Shown here: positions 35,723 to 46,861 of the stretch, one piece after another
Layout of the letters: each line of letters starts with the position of its first letter
Position numbering within the stretch: position 1 is the stretch's first letter
Assembly (NCBI GenBank): GCA_043228905.1
Contig: JBHGNT010000016.1
Location: 4,526,001 to 4,590,000, forward strand
DNA from: Azolla caroliniana
Lineage: Eukaryota > Plantae > Polypodiophyta
DNA length: 64,000 nt
Direction of reading: 5' to 3'
The notes under the pieces: generated by a model
What the model was told of the DNA's origin: nothing
What the model saw: only the letters and a program-made list of their open reading frames with translations
Database searches by the model: none
Position numbers and translations under genes: made by a program

Positions 35723-36538
35723 GGAGATTTTATGATTGTGAGGAGATCACGTGACACTTAAATTTTCGTTGTCGAGAAGCATGCGTGTGAGATGGAAAGG
35801 ATACAACACCTGTAGACCCCTCTTGTGTGTTTTTTTAGCACACTAATCATATACCCTAGGATCATTACATGTGATTTGTACAGGAGAGGTGGTTTGCCCT
35901 TGTCTAGATATGTGAAACGATTCCTTTTTTGAGTTTTATAAAGATGATTTGGAAAGCTGTATAGATTTTTTATCTTAGTGTGTAGAAGTAGCTGGTTCTG
36001 GATATGTTTCAATATTTGTGTTCCTTGGAGGCCAAGAAAGTTCACCAGGACCTTGGAACTATATACTAATATGTTCATGGCATCCATGTATGACCTTCAA
36101 ATGAGTATAGAATGATGTGAGCTTATGGTATACCATGAGTATAAAAGAATGTGAGCTTATAAATAGAAGAATTTCATCTCAAAAGCATCATCTTGAAACC
36201 ATCAGACCCAGATGTTCTAGTTGTTGAAGATTGGCAATAACAAGATGTTAGGTCCATGTAGCTTAACAAGGGCCAATGCCATACTTGAGTGCTTCTGCCA
36301 TACTGTGATTACTTATGTGTCTAGAAATGTGCATTTTGGTTTAATGAGTTTTAGTTTCGATCATTTGCAAATGCTATGCTTGTATTTCCATACTGCATGG
36401 TTAAAACCCACCTATACATGGTTATTTCATTGAGGTACATGCTTGAAGTAAAATGAAATTTGTTTGTTGTATGATTATTTTACCATTTCCCTTCCTTTAT
36501 TACTAACTTCTTTAGAATTTTTGATAAGTCTCATTCAG

Positions 36539-37057
36539 GTAAGTGGGAAAAGTGTGGGAATTGTGGGCCTAGGACGAATTGGCTTGGCCATAGCAAAGCG
36601 GGCTGAAGCCTTTGGATGCACCATCTCATACCAGAGCAGATCATTGAAAGCGAGTGTATCATACAAATACTATTCTGATGTGCGAGAAATGGCCACAAAT
36701 TCTGATGTGCTTATTGTTTCCTGCCCTTTAACTGAAGAAACCAAAGGTCTTATAAATCGGGAAGTTTTAGATGCGTTGGGTTCATCAGGATTTCTCATTA
36801 ACATAGCCCGAGGTCCTATTATAGATGAAGCAGAATTGGTGAAAGCATTGGTAGAAGGCCGTTTGGGTGGTGCGGGTTTGGACGTGTATGAAAATGAGCC
36901 TCATGTTCCTGAGGAGCTGTTCACATTGGATAATGTTGTTTTGGCTCCTCATGTTGGAAGCGCAACTTGGGAAACCAGAAGGAACATGGCTGCTCTTGTT
37001 ATAGCAAACCTTGAGGCACACTTCTCAGGGAAGCCTCTTATAACTCCTGTCCACTAG
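36539..37057 (+). CDS. HPPR: HPPR terminal exon 2a (NAD(P)-binding and catalytic part)
   Basis: Acceptor tcattcAG, phase 0, 519 bp. GIVGLGRIG Rossmann motif; NIARG, DVYENEP and APHVGSAT carry the catalytic Arg/Glu/His; ends at TAG. Confidence 0.9.
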   Translation, partial: VSGKSVGIVGLGRIGLAIAKRAEAFGCTISYQSRSLKASVSYKYYSDVREMATNSDVLIVSCPLTEETKGLINREVLDALGSSGFLINIARGPIIDEAELVKALVEGRLGGAGLDVYENEPHVPEELFTLDNVVLAPHVGSATWETRRNMAALVIANLEAHFSGKPLITPVH

Positions 37058-37675
37058 TGGGTGCCTTCTATTCTTTAGTAGAATTACACTTCCTATATAT
37101 CTCATCCCATTTTGGGAACTGTGATGATTGTACTACTATGCTAAGAAGGTTATAAGTCTGGATAAAGAAGCCATTTCATTTGAAATTTAGATTTTCTCAT
37201 GTAAGAAGATGTTAATGCAAGTTCTTTTGAATGAGTTGTATTCGAGGATGTTAAAGATACCGTTTGAAGGAATCAATGATTTTATGCAAAATAGTTCTTA
37301 CTATTGAATAACAATACTGTGCATATGGTCTCCAAGAATGCTTGTATCAAATTCTGTGTTGATGTTTTGCTTGGAAATCAATGCGGTCAATGTAGTCAAG
37401 ACACCTTTTGAAGGGATCAATGATCTGCGCACAGTATAGTCTTCGAAGTTCATTGGTATTATTAGTCTTCAAGGGCATCTTGTATCAAATGTGTTTGGTG
37501 TTGTGATTGTTTGCCAATGAGTTAGATCTGGCTACCTGAGACAACAGGATAGATTCTAAAACTATTTGTTATGATAATTACTTGCTGGATCCGATTGTTG
37601 GGGTCTATACAACATGATTGTACTAAATCAGAATTGGATCCCTTTTTGCATAACATTTTTATGAATTCCATTCAG

Positions 37676-38194
37676 GTAAGTGGAAAACGAGTGGGTATTG
37701 TGGGCCTTGGGAGAATTGGAACAGCTGTAGCAAAACGTGCTGAAGCCTTTGGATGCACCATCTCGTACCAGGGCAGATCCTTGAAACCAAGCGTGCCATA
37801 CCGATACTACCCAAATGTGCGTGATATGGCTGCGGATTCAGATGTGCTGATTATTTCATGCCCTTTAACACAGGAAACCAAAGGCATCATCAATCGTGAA
37901 GTTTTAGATGCATTGGGGCCATCAGGTTTTCTTGTTAACGTAGCCCGAGGTTCCATTGTAAATGAAGCAGAATTGGTGAAGGCATTGGTAGAAGGTCGGC
38001 TTGCAGGAGCTGGTTTGGATGTGTATGACAATGAGCCTCATGTTCCCATGGATTTGGTGTCACTAGACAACGTTGTTTTGGCACCACATATTGGAACTTC
38101 GACATGGGAAACTGAACGAGCAATGGCCGCACTTGTGGTAGCAAACCTCGAGGCACACTTTGCTGGGAGGCCCCTTATAACTCCTGTGTTTTGA
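37676..38194 (+). CDS. HPPR: HPPR duplicated alternative terminal exon 2b
   Basis: Acceptor ccattcAG, phase 0, also 519 bp and intact. [29 protein letters not shown]. No second exon 1 lies between 2a and 2b. Confidence 0.8.
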   Translation, partial: VSGKRVGIVGLGRIGTAVAKRAEAFGCTISYQGRSLKPSVPYRYYPNVRDMAADSDVLIISCPLTQETKGIINREVLDALGPSGFLVNVARGSIVNEAELVKALVEGRLAGAGLDVYDNEPHVPMDLVSLDNVVLAPHIGTSTWETERAMAALVVANLEAHFAGRPLITPVF

Positions 38195-39623
38195 GAAATA
38201 AGTAATGATATGCTTGTGTGATACTAGGGACATTGGGTTGGTTAATTGAGCATATAACATCATATCACTTTATAATAAGCATTTTTCTTTTTATGTACTT
38301 GAACGTAATTCAATATGAACTATCACATTGTAATGATTTAACTCTCGCAGCAACTTTCAAATGTATATTTTTGAGGTCGCAATAATCAAATGTCGTCATT
38401 TGTAGTACACGTGGTGCCTTTGGTTGAAGATGCATATCTGAAAAGAACTACCTTATGAAAATATTTCACTTACTAGGAAATGGAACAAATTAACTCTCCA
38501 CATTTAATGCATCTGAAGATTGACACAACAATTGATGAAGATGAGCCTCACCTCTTAACTATGAATATAAAGAGTGGATCTCATATTTGTAAGGTGAAAA
38601 ATATGTGAACTCATGTTACAACATTGACATATTGTAATACTCTTTAAGCTCCTCTAAAAATATATGCGTATAATGCTCATACCACTTGCTTCTATTTTGG
38701 TTGATCAATTTTAGGTTGGGTTTGTCAGTATTCTAGTTCCTATCATCCTGGCTTGTGGCCAAGTCCTATACTATCTCTCTCTCTCACGCACGCACGCACG
38801 CGCGCGCGCACACACACACACACACAATCATAGATCCCAAATGGCAAAGTATGAGATGAGGTAACCACAACAAATATGCATTCTCTTCAAGGGTATTGGA
38901 GAGTCGATAGAGATGAAATCATGATACTTATAGATGAAACACATATTAGCCTCCCAATATGGTTGAACTACTCTTGTTATAGCCAGTGTAGGATTAGACC
39001 CATAGAATCACATCAACAATGAATTGAGCGTATGTCCTCAGATTCCTTGGTCACGAATACAAGAGAAGTTAGCCTTTTTCACCCACGTTATAAACATGTA
39101 CTTTGGGATAGGCACGTATTTGTAAATGCTTTTAAGAATAATATAGAGAAGCATTGGTGAGATTATGTGTTGGTAGCATATCCTGAAACATAGTTGGCTT
39201 TCGAAATTGGCACTTGTAGTGAACGTTTTCATGTAGGTATTGATTGTGGGTTGACCTTTGGGGTTGACACTGAAGAGATGTGGACTAGCAAAGTGTATTT
39301 GCTTTGTTTGCATTGTTGAAGTGGAAGATAATACTCATCATTTTATGCAATGTCTGATTATTTCTTAAGTATTCATAATATGTCCTATAAAGATGTGATG
39401 AGTAAGTTGATGGTCAAGGAGAACACTTGAGAGGATTGACAAATGTGATGATGGAGGCATGTATGAAAGAGATAGAGCAATGATCTTATTTTTTTAATGG
39501 TAGAATACCCTTTCATCTATGGGTTAAACAATGGTTGAGAGGAGTTATGCATGAGGGTTATGTAAAGGATGTTTATACTAGTTTGATAGCTTTTATTAAG
39601 TTCTTTTAACTTGTCAAGAGTAT

Positions 39624-40118
39624 AGAGAGAAGTCACTTAACAAGTTACCTATCTTATATAGGAGAAGTTTGGTACAAGTAGTTCCCCAGGGGCCATTAGT
39701 AGAATATCAAGCCATTCTGAAATGAGGTTGTCATGTATGGTTAGTAGTAGAATGCAGACATTCGACAATGTGGCCACCTTTATGTTCAAGAATTGAGAGA
39801 GAGAAGCCACTTAACAAGTTACCTATCTTATATAAGGGCCATTAGTAGAGTATCACGCCATTCTGAAATGAGGTTGTCATGTATGGTTAGTAGTAGAATG
39901 TAGACATTTGATAATGTGGTCACCTTTATGGTTCAAGAATTGAGACAAAGGAGCCACTTAACCAGTTACCTACCTTATATAGGAGAAGTTTGATACAAGT
40001 AATTCCCCACGGGCCATTAGTAGAGTATCAATCCATTCCGAAATGAGGTTGTCATGTATGGTTAGCAGTAGAATGCAGACATTTGATAATGTGGCCACTT
40101 TATGTTCAAGAATTGAGA
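39624..40118. repeat. Tandem repeat, about 150-175-bp unit x3
   Basis: CACTTAA.AAGTTACCTA.CTTATATA...GGGCCATTAGTAGA.TATCA...GAAATGAGGTTGTCATGTATGGTTAG...TTCAAGAATTGAGA occurs three times; the middle unit lacks about 29 bp. Confidence 0.92.
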
Positions 40119-41199
40119 AATTGGGCAAGCTTTTGATGTAATGTAAATAGGTCTAGATTTTGCATTCATTGGAATGCTATTATGATGAGGTCTAATTATT
40201 TACAAATAGAACATTCTGGCATGCTTCTTATGTATTTATTTTACGCTCAAATGGAGTACATTTGTTGGCCATTGTTTTCATTGTAGGGTATTAGTACATT
40301 TTATGGTAGGGTGTCCTAAAAAAGTAACACATGTGGAAAATAATGTAGCGTAGTAGGTAGTTCAATGCACCATTTTCTTGGGTGTTAGCAATTCATTAAC
40401 ACAATGCCCTTGATAGCCCCAGTTTGTGATTTGCAATTCCAATTGGCAAATTATCCCTAAATGAGATGTGACATGTTGACATACACCATGTCCAGGTGGA
40501 TTGCTTGCCAAATTTTTCTCATCAATTGTTAGTGCCAACTTACTACATCCCAATAACATTTTCCTACTATACAAGGATATATGGGCACATGGTTGATGTA
40601 GATTGGCCGACATGTCATCGACATGGAAAGGGCTTGATAACAACTCATTTGATTTCTATAATCAACAAACAAGCTATTCCGAGAGTTAATTGTCAAAATA
40701 TGACCTAATGAGCAAATTAGTTAGTATTGGCTCTTCGAATATTGTGAGAACTAAAATTTTGCAAAAACCAAAATATCATAGAAGTTTGTAGATGGCGGGG
40801 TCCTCCACATAAAATGTGATTCCAAACTTCTCAATCAAAATACACATGTGGATCACATAAAATGTGATACCAAACTTCTCAATCAAAATACACACGTGGA
40901 TCCACATTGCTATCCCTTGGAAATGGCGTTCTTTTTGGGCAAGGAAGTCTTGTTGGAAGGACTCACAAATGAAATCGTACTTCGTTCATCTCCATCATTT
41001 GTGAGCCATTCTAATGGTATTTCAATCTCTAAGAAGAATGTTATTTCAAGGAACCACAGACATGTACATTGATTACATGGAGTCATTGTAGTGGTATTTC
41101 AATATCTAAGAAGTACTCCATTTCTAGGAACCACACACATAACTTATAAGTATATTGATTACAAACATCATGGCTATTAATGTTCTTGCGATCAATGAG

Positions 41200-41356
41200 A
41201 CGGGGCATAACCCATGGGTCGGAATCAAACTTGGATTGTCTCAATTTTAGGACTTTGGTCTTATGAGACGTGGCATCGCACATGATAGGGGATCGAACTT
41301 GGGTTCTCCCAAATTTTATGACTTTTCAATTGCCAAGGTGTAAACCACTAAGCTAA
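41200..41356 (-). repeat. tRNA-related SINE-like repeat, copy 2, with a partial internal duplication
   Basis: Minus strand reads TAGCTTAGTGG (A-box-like)...AAGTTCGATCC (B-box-like); similar to 19478-19550. Confidence 0.45.
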
Positions 41357-41378
41357 TGTAACCCGGAGATACAACCTA

Positions 41379-41512
41379 TTCCATAGCTCCTTCCACACTT
41401 ATGTCTCCATGACTAACTTTCTCATTGGTTTCCAGGTTCCATGGCTCCTTCCACACTTAAGTCTCCATGACTAACGTCCTCATTGGTTTCGAGGTTCCAT
41501 GGCTCCTTCCAT
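41379..41512. repeat. Tandem repeat, about 59-bp unit x2.3
   Basis: TTCCAT.GCTCCTTCCACACTTA.GTCTCCATGACTAAC...CATTGGTTTC.AGG is repeated. Confidence 0.85.
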
Positions 41513-42165
41513 AGAATCACTCACAGTCTCTCTTTATATATATAAATGTAAACACAAGAGATGGTAAACATCATACAGTTGAAACAGAAACAGAAACAGA
41601 GAAAGACGCAGCATTTGAGTTGGATAAAAGATCTATATGTATACATTAATAATATGATGTGTGTTTATGTATGTAAATCCAAAATTACACAGTCTCTTCA
41701 TACGTTCGGATCTCTGTTTGTATGTACCTTTGAAGCTATTCCATTGAAGTTCTCCTTGGAGAAGAGAAACTCTCTGCACAGAGTACTGACGATGATGCTT
41801 CTGCATATCTATCTATTTATCTATCTATCTATATAATATGTTTGAAGAAGCTCAAATCGTTATTCAGAGGCAATTGTTGTACTTGCAAGAGATCACGAGA
41901 AGTTATTGGATGATTAATTTTTCAGGTTATGGATCCTGAACTTGCAGAGTTCAAGAAACTCTTTCTGTCAGTCTCACTCAGTCTTTTCCTTTCCCTTTCC
42001 TTTTCCCTCTGTTCAGAAACTATATGAAGAAATTGCAATGGTTTTTCTTCTGTTTCTCCTTTCTTTTTTGGCTTTTTGTAGGTTGAAAGAAACAGCAGTA
42101 GCTTCGAAGAAACCTTAATGCTTGCATATTTCCAACATACTTGATTGGAGATCAGATCTGCATTT

Positions 42166-42765
42166 CTAACTCCACCGCTTGCAAAACCTGTTTTTTTGGA
42201 CCTCCATATCTGTGTCTGACATATCCTCGTCATCATCACCTTCTTCGTCTTCTTCTTCTTCTTCTTCTTCTTCTTCTTCTTCTTCTTCTTCTATTGAGGA
42301 TCTGCTATGATGCCTCCAACCGAACGTACCAGAAGCAATTTCTGAGGAAACCACTGTATCTGAATCAATGTCACAATCTGTTAACACACTGCACCCCGTA
42401 CAGCTGCTCTCAGATTCTTTGTCGAAGGAAGATGGAGATAATCCACCATGGCCATCTCCAGGGCTAGAAGAAGGGCCACACCTGCTGCAGATATGACTTT
42501 CGACAGGTAGTCGAGCGCCTGTTGTGAAAGAAGCAGTGGGACGAGAGCAAATGCAGCAGAGGAACTCGCGTCGGTGCCGAGCCACCAGGAAATTGGCGCC
42601 GTGCACCATGGAATCACAGCGCCAGCAGAGAGCAGCTTCGTCAGAAGGGCAGAGGAAGGCGGCAGGAGAATGACAGAGCTCGCAGAGAGAACGTCGATCC
42701 ACAGCAGCAGCAGCATCAGAAGAAGGAGAAGGCCAAGGGCCGTGATGAGGAGAAGTCATGTCCAA
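42166..42765 (-). CDS. Single B-box zinc-finger protein (group V BBX, BBX28-32-like)
   Basis: CELCHSPAAFLCPSDEAALCWRCDSMVHGANFLVARHRR B-box followed by a Ser-rich region and an acidic (GAA)n-encoded tail; no CCT domain. The 3' end could be extended by splicing. Confidence 0.88.
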   Translation of the reverse strand: MDMTSPHHGPWPSPSSDAAAAVDRRSLCELCHSPAAFLCPSDEAALCWRCDSMVHGANFLVARHRREFLCCICSRPTASFTTGARLPVESHICSRCGPSSSPGDGHGGLSPSSFDKESESSCTGCSVLTDCDIDSDTVVSSEIASGTFGWRHHSRSSIEEEEEEEEEEEEEEDEEGDDDEDMSDTDMEVQKNRFCKRWS

Positions 42766-43322
42766 GGAGAAGAAGAAGAAGAAGAAGAAGAAGAAGAAGA
42801 AGAAGAAGAAAACGAGAAAGCGGTGGAATTAGGGTTTGGTTGCAGAGGGAGGGAATGGAAACAAGAGTTTATTTGATGAGGGGATCAAGCCATGGGGATG
42901 GTGAAGAATAAAACGCAAGGAAAGAGATGCAGAACTAAACTACAAGAAGCTGTCGGTGAAATTAGGGTTTCAAAAATCAATCAATCAATCAATCAACCAG
43001 AGCAGGAAATGGAAGGTTTTCAAAGAGAGCAATCAGTCAATCCAATCGGAGCAGAAAATCAAGAATTTACTCAGAGGGCAATCAGTGAAGACAATCAGAG
43101 AAGGAAAACAAGGGTTCTGACAAAGAGGTCAGAACAGATCGGATCGATCGACCGACCAAATTAGCCAAATCAGAGCAGGGCAGAGAAGAGAAAGGATCGA
43201 AGGCTCACAGATAACATAACACACAATTCTCCAAGGGAAGCGCAGAGAGAGAGAGAGAGAGAGAGAATTCAAAAACCGTTACAGAAGAGGAAAAAAACAG
43301 AGGAAAGAGGAGGGGAGAAGCC

Positions 43323-43454
43323 CCTGCCACGTGGCAGGTCGCCCACGCGGGAGCCATCCTACGTGGCAGTCCTCTGCGCCGCTTCTCTTGCCACGTCGGA
43401 ATTGCATTGGAATCGACCACTTGGCCGGTTGCCACGTGGCGTCCTGCCCACGTG
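43323..43454. promoter_or_regulatory. G-box/ABRE cluster upstream of the BBX gene
   Basis: Perfect palindrome CCTGCCACGTGGCAGG (43323-43338), TACGTGGC, GCCACGTC, GCCACGTGGC (43431-43440) and CACGTG (43449-43454) within about 130 bp. Confidence 0.75.
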
Positions 43455-46418
43455 ACACCCTGCAAGCTTAGGGACCGTTTCCAAGACCAGTCTCTCTCCT
43501 CTCTCTATTTATTTATTGCCTGCCCATTAACACATTAAGGCTTTACACATTAGTAAAGATATCAAAAAAGTAGTAATCTCATGACTTAAAACAGATGGAT
43601 CGATTGATCAAGAACAACAAACAATCAGCATTATAAGTGAATTGTGCTCCTAATTAATTCGAAGAGATGCGTGCACACTCTGTCATCAGATGCGTAATCC
43701 CCAACGAATGGCTTGCCTATGAAGCCCTCTAATTCATAGGGATTTTAATTTTTAGTAATAACGGAAACTCGTCCCTTGAATAGTTTATACAATTTGACCT
43801 TAATTTTGATGCAATTAGGATCCTTATCTTTTGTTTGTGGACACACAAGTCATGTTCGAACAAATAAGCATGCTATTTTGAATTGCTAATCTACATGTAA
43901 GCATATTTTATGTACAAATCTCCCCTCTTCTTTAAGTCAATTCTGTTATATTATATTCTTGTATAGAGGTAGCTAGGATTAGAAGGCAATTCTACTCATT
44001 ATCGATGTCAAAGCCCATGATCGGCATAGCTTACTTTTTCAAGGGTCGTGACCAAATTTAGGTTATGTTTGTAATGGTGGCATGCTTCTCTGGGATAGCG
44101 TGTAGAAAAGAACAAATTTAAATTGTTGAGGGGAGTACGTGTACATAGGAGGTGTCAAATTCTAAGCCCACAATATTGCTCTCAACTTTATACAAGCACA
44201 AATGGTTTTGTGTCGATTTTTGTGGTTTCCAATTTTTATCTATAAAACAATAATATGTTTTTCTTGTACAAATTACAACTCTTTTTTATTCTTGAGAAAA
44301 CACAAAATGTTCTGATGTGACAATTCACCTTGGATTCTTCATTGAATCGATTAGGTTATAATGGGCATTGCTCATGAGAATATGCACATATCACTAAAGT
44401 GGCAATTAAACTTACCACTCCACTAAGTGTTTACGCGGACCATATAATTAAATTAAATCATCCTACACAAAATTAACTAAACTTGCAAATGCAATCTTAT
44501 CAACAAGAAAATAATTTGTTCAATGAACTTTTGAATAAGGTTTTGTTTACACTACATAAAAGATTATCCTTGTATTAGGTTTAGGCTTGAATGGCCATAG
44601 AGCACAATACTCTAGTAATAGGATGAATGCATGGTGTAGTTTATGGTTGATGGGGGATTTTCTGATCAATTAGTATTTGCATCATGACTACTTGACATTT
44701 AAGACTTGACATGATGGTGGAATAGTAGCATTACCACTTTGTCGTAAAAGGCAACCAATTTTAAATTCAAAGTATTAAAAACTCAGAACCTAGTCTCCAC
44801 CACATGAGATGCTAGTCATGTTATCCTTGAATTTTAATGGAGGTTGTGAATTCTTCACCACAAGAAATAGTGGTGAGGATAAGAACATTGTCCATGGCCC
44901 TTGGGATGAAGAGTAGTGGAAAATGGTAGCCTTTGCCACTTGTTCTTTTGTGAGGTTGACATGTAACAAGTGGCATATATAGCTTTGACCTTAGGAGTCA
45001 TATGGAGACACTATGCTAAGAATTTCAATTAACGAGAGAAATTGTTGATACCAATGCTAAAACATACCTCATAAAATTTTATTTTTGACCATACGTACAG
45101 TGGAATATAGAAAACCATACATTCTTTATAGTTTAAATAAATACTAGACTTATAAAGCACATGGTCTTCAATATTTAGCCTTAAATTCCTTGTATAACTC
45201 TTACTTACAAGTTACAATCATATATGTACTTTTTTTGCCTAGATGAAAGGTTTTTTGGTATACCCAAAGTGAAGGCATTAGTGATTTTGCATTATTTTTC
45301 AATAGTGACAATAAGAATGATATATTTAACCCTTTTTATACTTGTTTCAATATCCTTGTAATGATTATAAAATATATGCTTTCATTCCATGCAATTTGTG
45401 TATTGGGGATGCCTTTTGAAGCATAAAATGACTCTTAAAATCCGTTTGTACTAGAAAACACCATTATTAGTATGGCTTTGTTAAGCACCCGCCACCAAGG
45501 TTACCATTTTCTCTATTTAAAATCCGGAAAATGTGATAATATGTATAAGAATCTTAAACCCATCTTTTAAGAGCAAACAAATAATGTCCTTGATATCAAC
45601 CTAAAATTATGAAGAGACATTATTACAACAAACCCATTGTTGAACATTGATTATGGGAGTATCTAAAACGGAATCGAGTAACCAAAGACATAACCCCGAG
45701 GTATACTCTTGAGATGATTGTAGTAGTTGAAGAAAAAACTCAACACTTAAAACGAATGTTTAAAATGTTGTTTGGATAGATGGATGTGATTAACAAATTA
45801 AGATTAGATGCTAAAGTGATGAAAATTGCTTCATGGGGAAGATGAGCCATCAAACCAGTGCACACTTATGAATACACCAAAACAAAATATAAATAACAAT
45901 AGACATTTTACCTTCGATGACTTACGGCAACATCATTAACGCCTTCTTGTTGAAACTTACACACCAAAACAATTGTTAATATTTTTGGCTACACTATTTG
46001 GGTGTGTGGATGAGGCAAAAAGAGGAACAACAAAAGAGGGGTCTGAAAAGAAGAAAAAAACTATTGCTTTTTTTCAGAAAGAGGAGGCACTTCACCGTTG
46101 TTTGTGAACTTAGGCTACCCAAACTGTTGTTCTTTTTCCCGCCCAAAACTACCCTCTTGCTCATCAATGCTTGCTTGCATATTCCATGGTAGTAATTAGT
46201 TAGACTTGTTGGCCACATGTCCTTACTTGGTGAAGGACATGGCTTCTTCCTTTTGAATCGTTTTGTCTTTGGGTGGATCCTTTTGTCCTAATGGTTTTAT
46301 AATGGTTTTAGGAGTTTTTATTGGAAATGGAGTGGTTGTGGCATGAAAAGAACTAGAAGTTGGATGCATACAACAATGTGAATATTAATGTTGCAATGGA
46401 TTTAAGGAGAAGAAAGAT

Positions 46419-46824
46419 AGGTGCAAGTCTAAGCAAGCTCTCATTGCATCCGAATTGATCATCCAACTCTTATTAGCTAAGTTATCCACGACTACTCTCA
46501 CTAGGAGTTCATGGTGTGCATTTCGGAGTTGAGCTTCAAGCAGGCGTTCCAACTCTGAAACGAGCATGTTAGCAATGTTGGATCTATCCACTCGAGTGGA
46601 GCCCATGACATGGAGTTTGCTGAGAGCCAGCTACCAACTCAGTGTCGAATCGGTTGGGTACTGATTTAGGCTGAGTGTTGAATCGGCTGGGCGTCAATTC
46701 AGGTTGAGCATTGATTCGGCTGGACGCCGAATCAACTTAGAGCTAAAGAAAGGAAAAAGTTATATGTTTATTAATATATATATATATATATATATGTATG
46801 TTTTTTGTGTGTCCTTTTTTCTTC

Positions 46825-46861
<37 letters not shown>

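Noticed and set aside
38773-38826. Compound (CT)n(CACG)n(CG)n(CA)n tract with Z-DNA potential
   Set aside because: Common simple repeat with no evidence of function.
39624-40118. Repeat arrays as possible CRISPR
   Set aside because: Units are head-to-tail with no unique spacers, there are no cas genes, and the context is eukaryotic.
41922-42239. Alternate-frame ORF overlapping the BBX 3' end as an extra coding exon
   Set aside because: No recognisable motif and no convincing splice pair; transcript data would be needed.
31780-42765. Functional linkage of PPR, HPPR and BBX genes with the GVIN cluster
   Set aside because: These are unrelated common plant gene families, and adjacency alone does not indicate a shared pathway.
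43500-46190. Long AT-rich ORF-poor region, possibly a decayed DNA transposon
   Set aside because: No termini or transposase motifs that I can support by eye.
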